A stretch of 64,000 nt of DNA from Antedon mediterranea (GCF_964355755.1 NC_092672.1:30944437-31008436); one strand, 5' to 3'; shown: positions 52,051-62,887, counted from the first letter of the stretch. The notes: a model not told the origin generated them from the letters alone. Numbers and translations are program-made.

Positions 52051-52784
52051 TGCCCTCCCTTAATTGATAAACATGTGTTGTTTGTAAATTTACTATACTG
52101 AGTGACCAAATATTTTTGTGTATAAAATTCTATTTTATTAGAACATTGAATAATTAAACCTATTTTCAGATTAATTTTGAAGGTGAAATTTTTATGAAAG
52201 AATTTGTTTCCGACACATTCCATGTAATGAAGTTTTGACATATTTTTAGGTCAAAATATCTTCTATAGTGATTTATTTATATTGTATAAACCAAAGTCAC
52301 AAATATATTATCACCGTTTACTTCAAAATTTGGGACAATCATCCTTTTTAACATAAATGTGGTGGTCAGTTTCTCCAGACATAAATTTGCAATTTTATAA
52401 AATGGGTCTCTATCCTAAATTTAGTAGTGAGTTGGTCCTAATTTGTTTTGCTAGGCCCAATAGATCATGTTACATTCCACAAGGGGGATATGTATATTAT
52501 TATTTAGGTATTTGTAAAAACACTGATTTATCTACTGATTCAATTTATAATTGTTTGACTGGAATTCTTAGTACTGTACCGTGTATCTTAAAATTAATAA
52601 CTAACTCTTTTTTTTTTCTTTTATTGTAGGTGACTGTCTTATATAAACCCACTGGATCTCAGAAGAGATCCGGGTCTTTAGAAAAAGATCCACTCTCCAA
52701 AGAGAGTTTCTACGAGGGGTTACCGAATTTTAATATATGCACAATTTCTTTTTAAACATTTTTTAAAAGTATCTTTGAAACATT

Positions 52785-53060
52785 CAATAAAACCTTGAAG
52801 TAAACAGAAGTTTATCACAAGGAAAAACTAATAAACAAAAGTTTATTACAAACCATTTTTGCAAAAGCAAAAGTGTAAAACCTTGAAGATAACAAAAGTT
52901 AATCACAAGGAAACAACTAATAAACAAAAGTTTATTACAAAACCATTTTTGCAAAAGCAAAAGTGTAAAACCTTGAAGATAACAGAAGTTAATCACAAGG
53001 AAACAACTAATAAACAAAAGTTTATTACAAAACCATTTTTGCAAAAGCAAAAGTGTAAAG
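52785..53060. repeat. 90-bp tandem repeat, ~3 copies plus a degenerate fourth
   Basis: GCAAAAGCAAAAGTGTAAA at 52861, 52951 and 53041. Confidence 0.9.
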
Positions 53061-53626
53061 TTAAAGTTTGATTATACAAACAAAAGTTTGAAGAATAAAA
53101 CAGAAGCTTATTATAAAGAAATAAATATTAAACAGAGTTTATTACAAAAGAATTAATTAAAGAAGATTTAAAGGTCACTTTTATTTGAATCTGTTATTAA
53201 GTAGAATTGTAAAAAGAATAAAAATTAGAATCTGAAACTATTTAGCATAACCAAGTATTAAAGAGAAGTTGAAAATAATATAAAGTATTTCATCAAGCCA
53301 ATATTAAGCAGAAGCTAATTTTTTTATTCAGTGAAATTGTATAATCGAATTATTGAAAAAAAGCAGACAAAAAAAGTATTGACAAAGAGAAAAGAAATTA
53401 GGACAAAAGTTAAAAGTCATAGAAACAAAAGACAATATAAAGTTGAATTGTTTTTGGAATTTTTAATAATTTATTTTGTTGTAGCAAGGATTTCTTTTTT
53501 GAAGTTTGAATTGATAAAAAGAACCTAATTGTAATATTCATTGGAATTGCAGAATACATTTTAATTTAATTTGTAAACAAAGTTTATAAATTTGAAGAAA
53601 TTTGTTTCTTATACAAATTTTGAATA

Positions 53627-56600
53627 ATGGATATGGAATTCATAGCAGTAGTTGGTATCTTTTTGTTGATTATCTTTACAATGATAATTTATTTGTGTAA
53701 AAATGTGAATAAAGAAGTTACAAGTAAAAAGCAGATTTTTGTCAATACAACTGGTAATGTTAATAATGGAGTTATGGATAAGACAGCAGAATTTAAAATA
53801 GTTGTTAATGACATCTTGGACCTACTTGATGAATGCTGTTCAACTGAGAATGTCAAAGACGAGAGAAATGATGATACAGGTAATGTCAATTGTGAATTTA
53901 TGAAAGATACAACTGAATTTAAAGGAATAATTGATGATATCATAAACATATTATCTTATGGTACAGAGGTCACTTCAGAGTTTGATGATACATGCGATTT
54001 CTGTAATATTGAAGTGAAAGTAGACGACAATTGCATAACATGTGACTGTTGTAGTCAATATTTTCATGTGAAATGTGTAAGAGATGTTTTTGAAGACAAA
54101 CTATGTAATTCCAGGGTAATTTGGATTTGTTCAATGTGTGGGAATAGTAATTTTGTTAATAACATGTTGGGTGAAATAGGTATTCCCTGTCATTTCAATA
54201 GATATACGATTCTAGAACCTGATGAATCTGTCACTGCAGACTTTCCAGAATTAACGAAAAATAAAGAAAAACGTTGTAATAATGCCAAATTAAAATGTCA
54301 ACAAACAGGAAGTGAAGATTTACTTGGTAGTGATTGGATGAGAGTAAGATCAAAGAAAAGAACCGACAACAAAAAAAAAAGATGTAAAAATAGAGGAAAT
54401 AAGAAAAGGAGAAAGCCCGTTATAAATGGTATAAGTTTAGAACCAGGTGTAAAATATAGTGGCAAAGGTGTAAAAGATTTCTATGAAAGACGAAATAATA
54501 ACAAAATGGAATGGAATATGAATACAAATACTTACAGAGAATACAACAAAGAAAATTCTAAAACGAATGTATTGGGAAATTCACAAACAATAATTGACGA
54601 CAGTGGTAGGCCTATGTGTGATGTTTTGAAAAATACAAAAGTAACAAACGGAATACAACAACAATCAGGTGGTGGTTCGAAACGTTTACGAAATAACAAA
54701 GGTCGTTTTGTCAAAACTAAGAAGATTGATAACAAAAAAGCACAAGGTAATGTGAATTTAAAGAATGATTGCGATACTATGAAAGATATAAAGAACATGG
54801 GTAATAATGACAATTCTGAAACGAAAACTGACGAGGATTTTAAAATAGAATGTACTGTAGAAAACGACAACAACACAGCGACTGACGATGCGAAAGCACA
54901 AAATAATAGCAAAATGAATGACAGAAGTAGAATAATTGATAGTAATGGTACAGATCATAAAAATCAAACATGTGCAAGTTGTGAATTTGAGGAAAATGAA
55001 GTATTGATAATTGATGACGGATGCAAAAAAGCAATGACTAAAAAAATTAGGTCCCATACTAAACCTAAATGTGACCAACATATTATCGATGTGGATATTG
55101 AAGTTTTAACAAAAAATAATTTTTCGGAAGAATTGATAATCGATGATGTACCAAAACAAAAAAATACACGAAAAAGGCAGAAAACACAATCAATAAATGA
55201 ATTACAAGTATATAATAGTAATGAAAATATAACTGTAGCACAGGGTAATTTTAATCAAGGGAATTATAGATTTGGCTTTGCAAGTGGTAAACAGTGTGTT
55301 GCAAATAGTCTTGTAGCTATTCTTTATTCTACAAAGAGGAATGGAAATGAATTTTACACCAAAGACCTTGATACCATATTGACTCTTGGAAACGAGTTGT
55401 ACCGTTACATTCAGAAAGATTCCACTATGCACGAGGACCTTTTAATGATTTCTGAACTGCCGAAAGAATTGGATATCTTGGATAACACATTTGTAATATC
55501 TCCCAAAGAATCAGTTTTTGGCATAATAGATGGGAATCTCGAATTTATGGCTGAATATGGAGCCTTGTCATTAAACCAAGCTCTTGAACAAGAATTACAT
55601 CAACATGATGCATTTTTTATGAATTTCAACAGAAGCACATTTTCTATTATCAAACGTGTAAATGGATTTCTTATATTTGATCCACATGCAAGAGATCGAT
55701 TTGGTTGTGTTAGTGAACATGGAAAGAGTATTTTACTTTACAGTCCATCTTGGCAAGGTGTGTACGATTATTGTATAAGATTAGCAAGGTCAATGAACTG
55801 TAATATACATGAAACCGAGTTTGAACTGACTGGTGTAAATATTGAAAATAAGTCTATGATGTTATGTTCCGCTTCTGTGCTCGATGATAATTGTGAACAA
55901 AGAAACTTGGGAAACGTCGACGTTGATGAACCTAGTACGTCTTATCAGTATAAATGTAGTACAAGATTACCAGACAAGAATATTGATTCTAACGTTAAAG
56001 GCAAAACACATAATAAAGAAGGTCATGTCTCATCAAGTAATGGATGGCAAAGTGATAGTGATATTGAAATTGTTAATGTTCAGTATGAAAAAAGACCTGA
56101 CGAGAATTTTAAATTTATTCCGATCTCAGAAGAACAAAAGAAAAACATGTGTAATAAATTAGGCATTCATTGTGAACATACCGATATGAATTGTGGTATT
56201 AACAGAGCCAGTCAGATTGGACATCCTCTTCAAATTACAAATATTACAGGTGATGGTAATTGTTTTTATCGTGCAATTTCATACATTATTTCTGGGACTG
56301 AAGATAATCATTTACTTTTAAGAAGAGCAATTACTAATCATTTATTGGAAACTGATGAATTATTTATTAATACATTTAGTCACGAATATAGATCAGTTAA
56401 GGAATATGTGTTTAAAAAAAGAGTAATGGATAATGGAACGTGGGCATCCAATACTGAAATAAGTGCAATGGCAAACTTGCTTAATACAGATATTTATTCA
56501 TTTAATGATCAACTTTTGACGTGGCAATTGTTTTCTGCTAAAAAGCCGGGGAGAATAGATGATGTTACAACTGACAATGGTATATATATTTTGTACACCA

Positions 56601-59600
56601 TGAATGTGCATTTTAATGTAGTAGAATCTGTCAATGTGAGTCAAAATAATGTTCAGGAAACAACAGGACAAGTTGATATGAATGTGACATCCCACAATAA
56701 ACTGTCAAATACAGAGGCAATTTTTTTGGTAAAGAATTCTACAACAAAGAAACGAAAGCAAACGGGAAATGAAACTTGTGACACATTTGAAGATATACAA
56801 CCAAAACACAAACAGAGTAAAACTGTTGAAAGACCTTGTTCAGAAAGCAGAGTAAAACGAAAACGATCTTATAGAAATAGAAAAGAAATTAAAAAGAATC
56901 GACAGAGAATTAAACGTCAAAGTGAAGAAAAAAAAAACTCGGAAGAAATAGATGAAATTAGAAACAAATATCAAAGTGATTCTGTATACAGAAAAGAAAA
57001 GAAATGTAAAGTAAAAGATGCGCAACAAATAAGATATGGTGACGATGATTATAAGTTCAAAAAAAGGAAGGAAAACAGAGAAAGACAATACAAAATGTAT
57101 AGATGTGAACCAGAATATAATGTTAAGGTACGAAATAAAGCGAGACATAACTACACAATTGATTTGGATTACCGAACAACTAAAAAAGCCAACAATCTGA
57201 TAAATTATAAATTTAATAAAAAATTTACGCAAAATTTGAAAGAATCAAAGAAAAATAGATACAACAATGATACAATATTTAGACATAAATCTAGACAAGA
57301 TAATAAACAAAGAAATAAGGAAAAGTATCACAATGATTCAAAATTTCGACAAAATTTGAAGCAAAAATTAGCAGCGAAGTATTGTAATAATTCCAAATTT
57401 AGAGAAAATGTTACGAAAACATTGGCAGAGAAGTATCGGAATAATTTGAAATTTCGACAAAAGTGTAAACAGAAATTGGCAGAAAAGTATCGAAGTAATT
57501 TGAATTTTAGACAAAACTGTAAACATAAATTAGCAGAGAAGTATCGGAGTAATTTGAAATTTAGACAAAACTGTAAGCATAAATTGGCAGAAAAGTATTG
57601 GAGTAATTTAAAATTTAGACAAAACTGTAAACTAAAATTGGCAGAGAAATATCGAAGTAATTTAAAATTCCGTGAAAGTGTTAAGCAAAGGTGTAAGCAA
57701 AGATTTACAGAAAAGTATCATGGTGATAAAGGGTTCCGAAAAAATGTCATGAAGAAAAACATGAAGAATCGGGAAAAAAGGAAAACAAAAAACACTAATT
57801 TTGAGTTTGTTTTAGAAAACTTCAGAGAAACAGTTTCTCGTGGTCCTGAATATGTTTGTTGTGTATGCTTTAAAATGTTATTCAAAGATCAAGTTATGAA
57901 GTGCACCAAAGCTAAGTACAAAAATAAGACTTGTATAAATGAAAAGTATTTGCATATTTGCAACAATGAATGTAATAAACCTTGTCAATTTATCGAATCA
58001 CCAAGATGTCGTTTATGGATTTGTTTCACATGCCACAGGAAATTGTTAAACGGGAAAGTCCCTGCAGAAGCCAATTCAAACAATTTACTACTACACGATA
58101 TTCCTCCTGAGCTTAGGTGTTTAAATAATTTAGAGCAGCATTTGATTGGATTGAACATTCCTTTTATGAAATTAATGAATTTACCTAAAGGTGGACAGAA
58201 TGGAATACATGGACCTGTTGTATGTGTACCTTCAAATACTATTGAAACTGTAAAAATGCTTCCTAGACCACAGGTTGATGATCAATTAATATCTGTAAAA
58301 TTGAAGCGAAAGTTGTCTTACAAAGGTTATTACAAATATAAATTTGTTAACACTGCCAATGTTATTCAAGCTCTTAGATATTTACAGGATCATAACAAGT
58401 GCTATTTTGATATAGCTATTAATGAAGAATGGCACAATTATTTATCTGAAGATAACATCGAAAGGGAAACTACTAATGAAAATGAAAACAATGAAGAAGA
58501 AGAAAAAGAAGAAGAAATAGAAGACCGATTATGTGGTGTTACCTTTGATACAAGTCTTCAACCTGTTGACAGGCGACAAAATTTGGTTGATGAATATTTT
58601 AATGACATAATTTGTTGTGCACCATGTGAAAATAATAGTCCTATTGCATTGTTAAGTAATAAAAGCAATGAAGCAAAATCATTTCCAGTTTTATTTCCAA
58701 CAGGCCAACCAACATTCCATGATACGAGAGATGTTAAAATAACACTTGGACGTTATTTTCACAATAGATTAATGCATATAGATAACAGGTTTGCACAAAA
58801 TACAGAATTCATATTTTATGCTCAATCTTTATATGAACTTCAACAAATTTTATCAAGTATTTCTATTGCATTGCGAAAAGGGTCAAGTAAAAAAGATGAT
58901 TTTAGCAAAGTTACTGTATCCGATTTAAAAAATGTTACCAAAATTCAAGAGATTTTAAAATCTGATAGGGGTTATAAATTTCTAAAACAAATTCGTGGAA
59001 CTCCACCGTACTGGCAAGCTACACAAAAAGATATAATAGCAATGGTTAGACAGATTGGAAAACCAACATTCTTTCTTTCATTCTCAAGTGCTGATTTCCG
59101 TTGGAAAGAAATAATGACGACATTGTTAAATCAGTCAGGAGATCAAAGAAACATTGAAGAATTAGAATGGGCAGATAAATGTAATTTGTTGAAATCAAAT
59201 CCAGTGACTGTTGCCAGAATGTTTGATAAACGCTTTCATACTTTTTTGAAAAATGTAATTTTGTCTGAAGCACAGCCTATTGGTAAAGTCGTAGATTATT
59301 TTTATCGAATTGAATTTCAAATGAGAGGAAGTCCACATGTTCATATGTTAGTATGGGTTGAAAATGCTCCTATTTTTGGTACAGATAAAGATAATGAAGT
59401 TATTAATTTTGTTGATAAATATATTTCTTGTGCTGTGCCATGTGAAACTGTAGATCGTGAACTGAATGAAATTGTTAAAAGTGTGCAAATTCACAGTAAA
59501 AGACATTCTAAATCATGTAAAAAAAAGGGAACAAATTGCAGATTTAACTTTCCCAGACAACCTTCTGGAAATACATTTGTTATGAGACCTACAATTGTGG

Positions 59601-62600
59601 ATAAAGACAATGATGATAATGATGACAATAAACAAGCAATGGAGCTGTTAACCTCAGTAAAAGATGCTGTGACTAATGAAGAAACATATAAAAATGCAAT
59701 AGAACTTTTCCAAAGTTTAGGTATTACACAGAGTGCATTTGAGAAAGCAAATAATTGTGTAGCTACTGAGGAAAAAATTGTTATAAAGAGAAACCCTCAA
59801 GATGTGTGGGTAAATCAATATAATCCTTCCTTATTGAGAGCATGGAATGCAAATATGGATATTCAATATATTACAAATGTATATGCATGTATAATTTACG
59901 TTATAGGATATATGTCAAAATCTGAACGTGAAATGGGTTTACTGTTAAATCATGCAGCATCAGAAGTAAAAGAAGGCAATGAAGATGCTAGGCAAAGTTT
60001 GCGAAAACTTGGTAATGTTTATATGAATAATCGAGAAGTGTCTGCACAAGAAAGTATTTATCGTGTTTGTAGTTTAAGATTAAAAGAATGTTCAAGGAAA
60101 GTTGAATTTATCCCAGTAGGACCTAATCCTGTCAGAATGAGTTTACCACTAAGTGTAATTAAAAACAAAGAAGATGATGATGTAAGTGCATGGTTGCCAA
60201 ATAAGATCGACAAATATAAAGCTCGACCTAATAGTTCTGAATTTAATAAAATGTGCCTTGCAAAATTTTGTTCGGAATATAGAATATTGAGTTCATCAGA
60301 AATGAAAGGAAACAAACAAAAAAAGAATGTATTTCAGTTAAAAAAACAGTTGGGATTCATCCAAAAAAGAACACGAACTAGTAATGCTATAGTAAGATAC
60401 CCTCGATTTCCAATGGATACAGCACCAGAGAAATATTTTTTGAGTATACTTCAGTTATTTCTACCATTTCGAAAAGATGAACAGTTAAAACCTCCAAATT
60501 TTGAAACGTATGAACAATTTCATGAGAAAGGATGTGTTAAATTATGTGGCTGTCAATTACAAACGGTAAAGTCAATAGTTCATGGAAACATGGAACAATA
60601 TGAAAAAAGTGCTGATGATGTTGAAGAAGCACAGGAATGTTTATCAAAATTTGGACCACAAGAAGATGCATGGAGTTTATTATGTCCAGAAAGCGAAAAA
60701 GAAAGGTTAGACAACCCAAAGCCAAATGTAGAGGTTGATGATGAAGAAGATGAATTTTTCATTCCAGATTTTGGAATTCAAAAAAATCATACATCTAAAG
60801 TAGAGTCTAATTCATCTAATATTCCAAGACCAGAATTGAACAAAATGATTCGATCTTTAAATGAAAAACAACAACATATATTTTACAAGACAAGACAATG
60901 GTGTTTAGACAAAGCTAATGGTAAAAAACCTGAAGCATTTTACACTTTCATAACTGGTGGCGCTGGTACAGGAAAAAGTCATTTGGTAAACTGTATTTAT
61001 AATGAAGCGACACGTATTCTTGGAAAAATTATGGAAAATCCCGATGATTTGTCAATATTGAAATTAGCTCCTACAGGAATCGCAGCATATAATATTAAAG
61101 GCCAAACAATTCATAGCGCTTTGTCTATCCCGATTAATATTTCACTTCCGTATCAACCACTTGGAGAAGAAAAAATAAGTGCACTTCGTAATAAATTGGG
61201 CCAGTTGCAAATTGTTATTATAGATGAAATATCAATGGTAAATCAAAGGTTACTTTGGTATATCCACGGACGATTAAGGCAAATAAAACAAGTACGCAAC
61301 GATAGTCCATTCGGTAACATTTCAGTAATTGCTGTTGGTGATTTTTATCAGTTACCCCCGGTTATGGGCAGTTCGTTATACAAAGACACATTGGAAAGCT
61401 CACTGTGGATAGATAACTTTAAGCAAGTACAGTTAGATCAAATCATGAGGCAAAAAGAAGATAAAGAATTTGCTTTATTGTTAAACAAATTGCGTACAAA
61501 AGAAAAACATGATTGTTTGTCTGATAACGATTTATTAGTTCTAAAATCACGTGAAACAGGTGAAGAATGTGAAGATGCTGTTCACATTTACCCACGCAAC
61601 AAACAAGTTGATGAATGGAATAAAAAAATGTTGCACAAAACCTGTACAGACATTGTATGCATTGAAGCAGAAGATAGTGTAGTAAACGCCAAGAAACAGA
61701 CCAAAAATTGTGACAAACCTCGGAATTCACGTCAAACTAGTTTACTAAATTATTTGTGGATTGCACTTAATGCCAGAGTGATGTTGATTAAAAATGTAGA
61801 TGTTAAAAAAGGCTTAACGAATGGATGTATGGGACATGTTTATGAAATAGTCAAACCCAATAATAACGCCAAACCAGTATCTATTAAAGTAAAGTTTGAT
61901 AATAATGACATTGGTATTCAGGCAATTGAAATGTTTAAAGAATCTATGGGGGAAAAATACAGTCGAAAACAATTTCCTCTCAAATTAGCATATGCATGCA
62001 CAGTTCATAAAGTGCAAGGAATGACAATGGATAAAGCAGTGGTTTGCCTTAAAGATACTTTTACGCATGGACAAGCATATGTAGGCCTCAGTCGTGTTAC
62101 TTCAATATCTGGACTTACAATTGAAAATTTTAAACCTAGTCTGATTTATTGTGATCCAAACATAAAGAAGTGCTTAAATAATATGGATTCATACGTACAA
62201 TGTGATAAACAAGGTCATGATTTGGATTCTAGATTTTCAATAATGTTACATAACATTCAAGGGCTTAAACAACATTTTGATGATCTTCAGTGTAATGATT
62301 TGTTTATGAATTCTAATATAATATGTCTAACTGAAACATGGGTTAACAAGGATGATGATGTTTTTGACGTACGCATTGAGCCGTATAAATGTTATCACCA
62401 AACAAGGTATGATTCGTATTCTAATACAAATGATCTCAGTTCCAAAATAAAACATCAGGCTCATGGTGGCGTTGCAGTGTATGTCAAGAACACGTCGTCA
62501 AGCAGATTAAACATATGTAATAATGATATAGAAGCAGTTTCATTTTTAATAACAAGTCCGATTTCTATTGCCGTGTCAGTAATTTATCGACCCCCAAGTT

Positions 62601-62887
62601 ATGATATTAATCAATTCTGTCAAAATTTGAGAAAACATTTGGAAGAGTTACATAAAATGAGTACAAAATGTATTGTAATGGGTGATTTTAATGAAAATCT
62701 TTTCAAACAATCTTCCAGAGTGAATAATTTAATGGCAGAGAATGAGTACAAACAACATGTTACATGTTCCACCACTGAAAACAATACATTGATTGATCAT
62801 GTCTATAGCAAAGGTCTTGATCCAGTACAGGCTGAAGTAATTCCAGTTTATTACAGCTATCATGAAGCCATTCAAATTAAATTTTAA
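53627..62887 (+). CDS. Helentron polyprotein, 3086 aa: hydrophobic N-terminus, PHD finger, herpes-tegument(C76)-like Cys protease, OTU Cys protease, basic 18-aa repeats, Cys-rich/DUF6570-like region, HUH Rep, PIF1 helicase, AP endonuclease
   Basis: PHD: CDFC...CDCC..YFHVKC...WICSMC. C76-like: QGNFNQG..RF...GKQC and FDPH. OTU: GDGNCFYRAIS...W...VHF. Rep: RGTPPYW, PTFFLSFS, RIEFQMRGSPHVH, YVIGYMSK. Helicase: GGAGTGKS, IIDEISMV, GDFYQLPPV, QFPLKLAYACTVHKVQGMT, GQAYVGLSR. EN: HNIQGL, CLTETW, IYRPP, GDFN, LIDH, YSYH. Confidence 0.95.
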   Translation: MDMEFIAVVGIFLLIIFTMIIYLCKNVNKEVTSKKQIFVNTTGNVNNGVMDKTAEFKIVVNDILDLLDECCSTENVKDERNDDTGNVNCEFMKDTTEFKGIIDDIINILSYGTEVTSEFDDTCDFCNIEVKVDDNCITCDCCSQYFHVKCVRDVFEDKLCNSRVIWICSMCGNSNFVNNMLGEIGIPCHFNRYTILEPDESVTADFPELTKNKEKRCNNAKLKCQQTGSEDLLGSDWMRVRSKKRTDNKKKRCKNRGNKKRRKPVINGISLEPGVKYSGKGVKDFYERRNNNKMEWNMNTNTYREYNKENSKTNVLGNSQTIIDDSGRPMCDVLKNTKVTNGIQQQSGGGSKRLRNNKGRFVKTKKIDNKKAQGNVNLKNDCDTMKDIKNMGNNDNSETKTDEDFKIECTVENDNNTATDDAKAQNNSKMNDRSRIIDSNGTDHKNQTCASCEFEENEVLIIDDGCKKAMTKKIRSHTKPKCDQHIIDVDIEVLTKNNFSEELIIDDVPKQKNTRKRQKTQSINELQVYNSNENITVAQGNFNQGNYRFGFASGKQCVANSLVAILYSTKRNGNEFYTKDLDTILTLGNELYRYIQKDSTMHEDLLMISELPKELDILDNTFVISPKESVFGIIDGNLEFMAEYGALSLNQALEQELHQHDAFFMNFNRSTFSIIKRVNGFLIFDPHARDRFGCVSEHGKSILLYSPSWQGVYDYCIRLARSMNCNIHETEFELTGVNIENKSMMLCSASVLDDNCEQRNLGNVDVDEPSTSYQYKCSTRLPDKNIDSNVKGKTHNKEGHVSSSNGWQSDSDIEIVNVQYEKRPDENFKFIPISEEQKKNMCNKLGIHCEHTDMNCGINRASQIGHPLQITNITGDGNCFYRAISYIISGTEDNHLLLRRAITNHLLETDELFINTFSHEYRSVKEYVFKKRVMDNGTWASNTEISAMANLLNTDIYSFNDQLLTWQLFSAKKPGRIDDVTTDNGIYILYTMNVHFNVVESVNVSQNNVQETTGQVDMNVTSHNKLSNTEAIFLVKNSTTKKRKQTGNETCDTFEDIQPKHKQSKTVERPCSESRVKRKRSYRNRKEIKKNRQRIKRQSEEKKNSEEIDEIRNKYQSDSVYRKEKKCKVKDAQQIRYGDDDYKFKKRKENRERQYKMYRCEPEYNVKVRNKARHNYTIDLDYRTTKKANNLINYKFNKKFTQNLKESKKNRYNNDTIFRHKSRQDNKQRNKEKYHNDSKFRQNLKQKLAAKYCNNSKFRENVTKTLAEKYRNNLKFRQKCKQKLAEKYRSNLNFRQNCKHKLAEKYRSNLKFRQNCKHKLAEKYWSNLKFRQNCKLKLAEKYRSNLKFRESVKQRCKQRFTEKYHGDKGFRKNVMKKNMKNREKRKTKNTNFEFVLENFRETVSRGPEYVCCVCFKMLFKDQVMKCTKAKYKNKTCINEKYLHICNNECNKPCQFIESPRCRLWICFTCHRKLLNGKVPAEANSNNLLLHDIPPELRCLNNLEQHLIGLNIPFMKLMNLPKGGQNGIHGPVVCVPSNTIETVKMLPRPQVDDQLISVKLKRKLSYKGYYKYKFVNTANVIQALRYLQDHNKCYFDIAINEEWHNYLSEDNIERETTNENENNEEEEKEEEIEDRLCGVTFDTSLQPVDRRQNLVDEYFNDIICCAPCENNSPIALLSNKSNEAKSFPVLFPTGQPTFHDTRDVKITLGRYFHNRLMHIDNRFAQNTEFIFYAQSLYELQQILSSISIALRKGSSKKDDFSKVTVSDLKNVTKIQEILKSDRGYKFLKQIRGTPPYWQATQKDIIAMVRQIGKPTFFLSFSSADFRWKEIMTTLLNQSGDQRNIEELEWADKCNLLKSNPVTVARMFDKRFHTFLKNVILSEAQPIGKVVDYFYRIEFQMRGSPHVHMLVWVENAPIFGTDKDNEVINFVDKYISCAVPCETVDRELNEIVKSVQIHSKRHSKSCKKKGTNCRFNFPRQPSGNTFVMRPTIVDKDNDDNDDNKQAMELLTSVKDAVTNEETYKNAIELFQSLGITQSAFEKANNCVATEEKIVIKRNPQDVWVNQYNPSLLRAWNANMDIQYITNVYACIIYVIGYMSKSEREMGLLLNHAASEVKEGNEDARQSLRKLGNVYMNNREVSAQESIYRVCSLRLKECSRKVEFIPVGPNPVRMSLPLSVIKNKEDDDVSAWLPNKIDKYKARPNSSEFNKMCLAKFCSEYRILSSSEMKGNKQKKNVFQLKKQLGFIQKRTRTSNAIVRYPRFPMDTAPEKYFLSILQLFLPFRKDEQLKPPNFETYEQFHEKGCVKLCGCQLQTVKSIVHGNMEQYEKSADDVEEAQECLSKFGPQEDAWSLLCPESEKERLDNPKPNVEVDDEEDEFFIPDFGIQKNHTSKVESNSSNIPRPELNKMIRSLNEKQQHIFYKTRQWCLDKANGKKPEAFYTFITGGAGTGKSHLVNCIYNEATRILGKIMENPDDLSILKLAPTGIAAYNIKGQTIHSALSIPINISLPYQPLGEEKISALRNKLGQLQIVIIDEISMVNQRLLWYIHGRLRQIKQVRNDSPFGNISVIAVGDFYQLPPVMGSSLYKDTLESSLWIDNFKQVQLDQIMRQKEDKEFALLLNKLRTKEKHDCLSDNDLLVLKSRETGEECEDAVHIYPRNKQVDEWNKKMLHKTCTDIVCIEAEDSVVNAKKQTKNCDKPRNSRQTSLLNYLWIALNARVMLIKNVDVKKGLTNGCMGHVYEIVKPNNNAKPVSIKVKFDNNDIGIQAIEMFKESMGEKYSRKQFPLKLAYACTVHKVQGMTMDKAVVCLKDTFTHGQAYVGLSRVTSISGLTIENFKPSLIYCDPNIKKCLNNMDSYVQCDKQGHDLDSRFSIMLHNIQGLKQHFDDLQCNDLFMNSNIICLTETWVNKDDDVFDVRIEPYKCYHQTRYDSYSNTNDLSSKIKHQAHGGVAVYVKNTSSSRLNICNNDIEAVSFLITSPISIAVSVIYRPPSYDINQFCQNLRKHLEELHKMSTKCIVMGDFNENLFKQSSRVNNLMAENEYKQHVTCSTTENNTLIDHVYSKGLDPVQAEVIPVYYSYHEAIQIKF

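Noticed and set aside
53689-61730. Antisense ORFs within the Helentron ORF (and likewise within the LINE and LRR genes)
   Set aside because: These are shadow frames of long coding sequences with no independent motifs.
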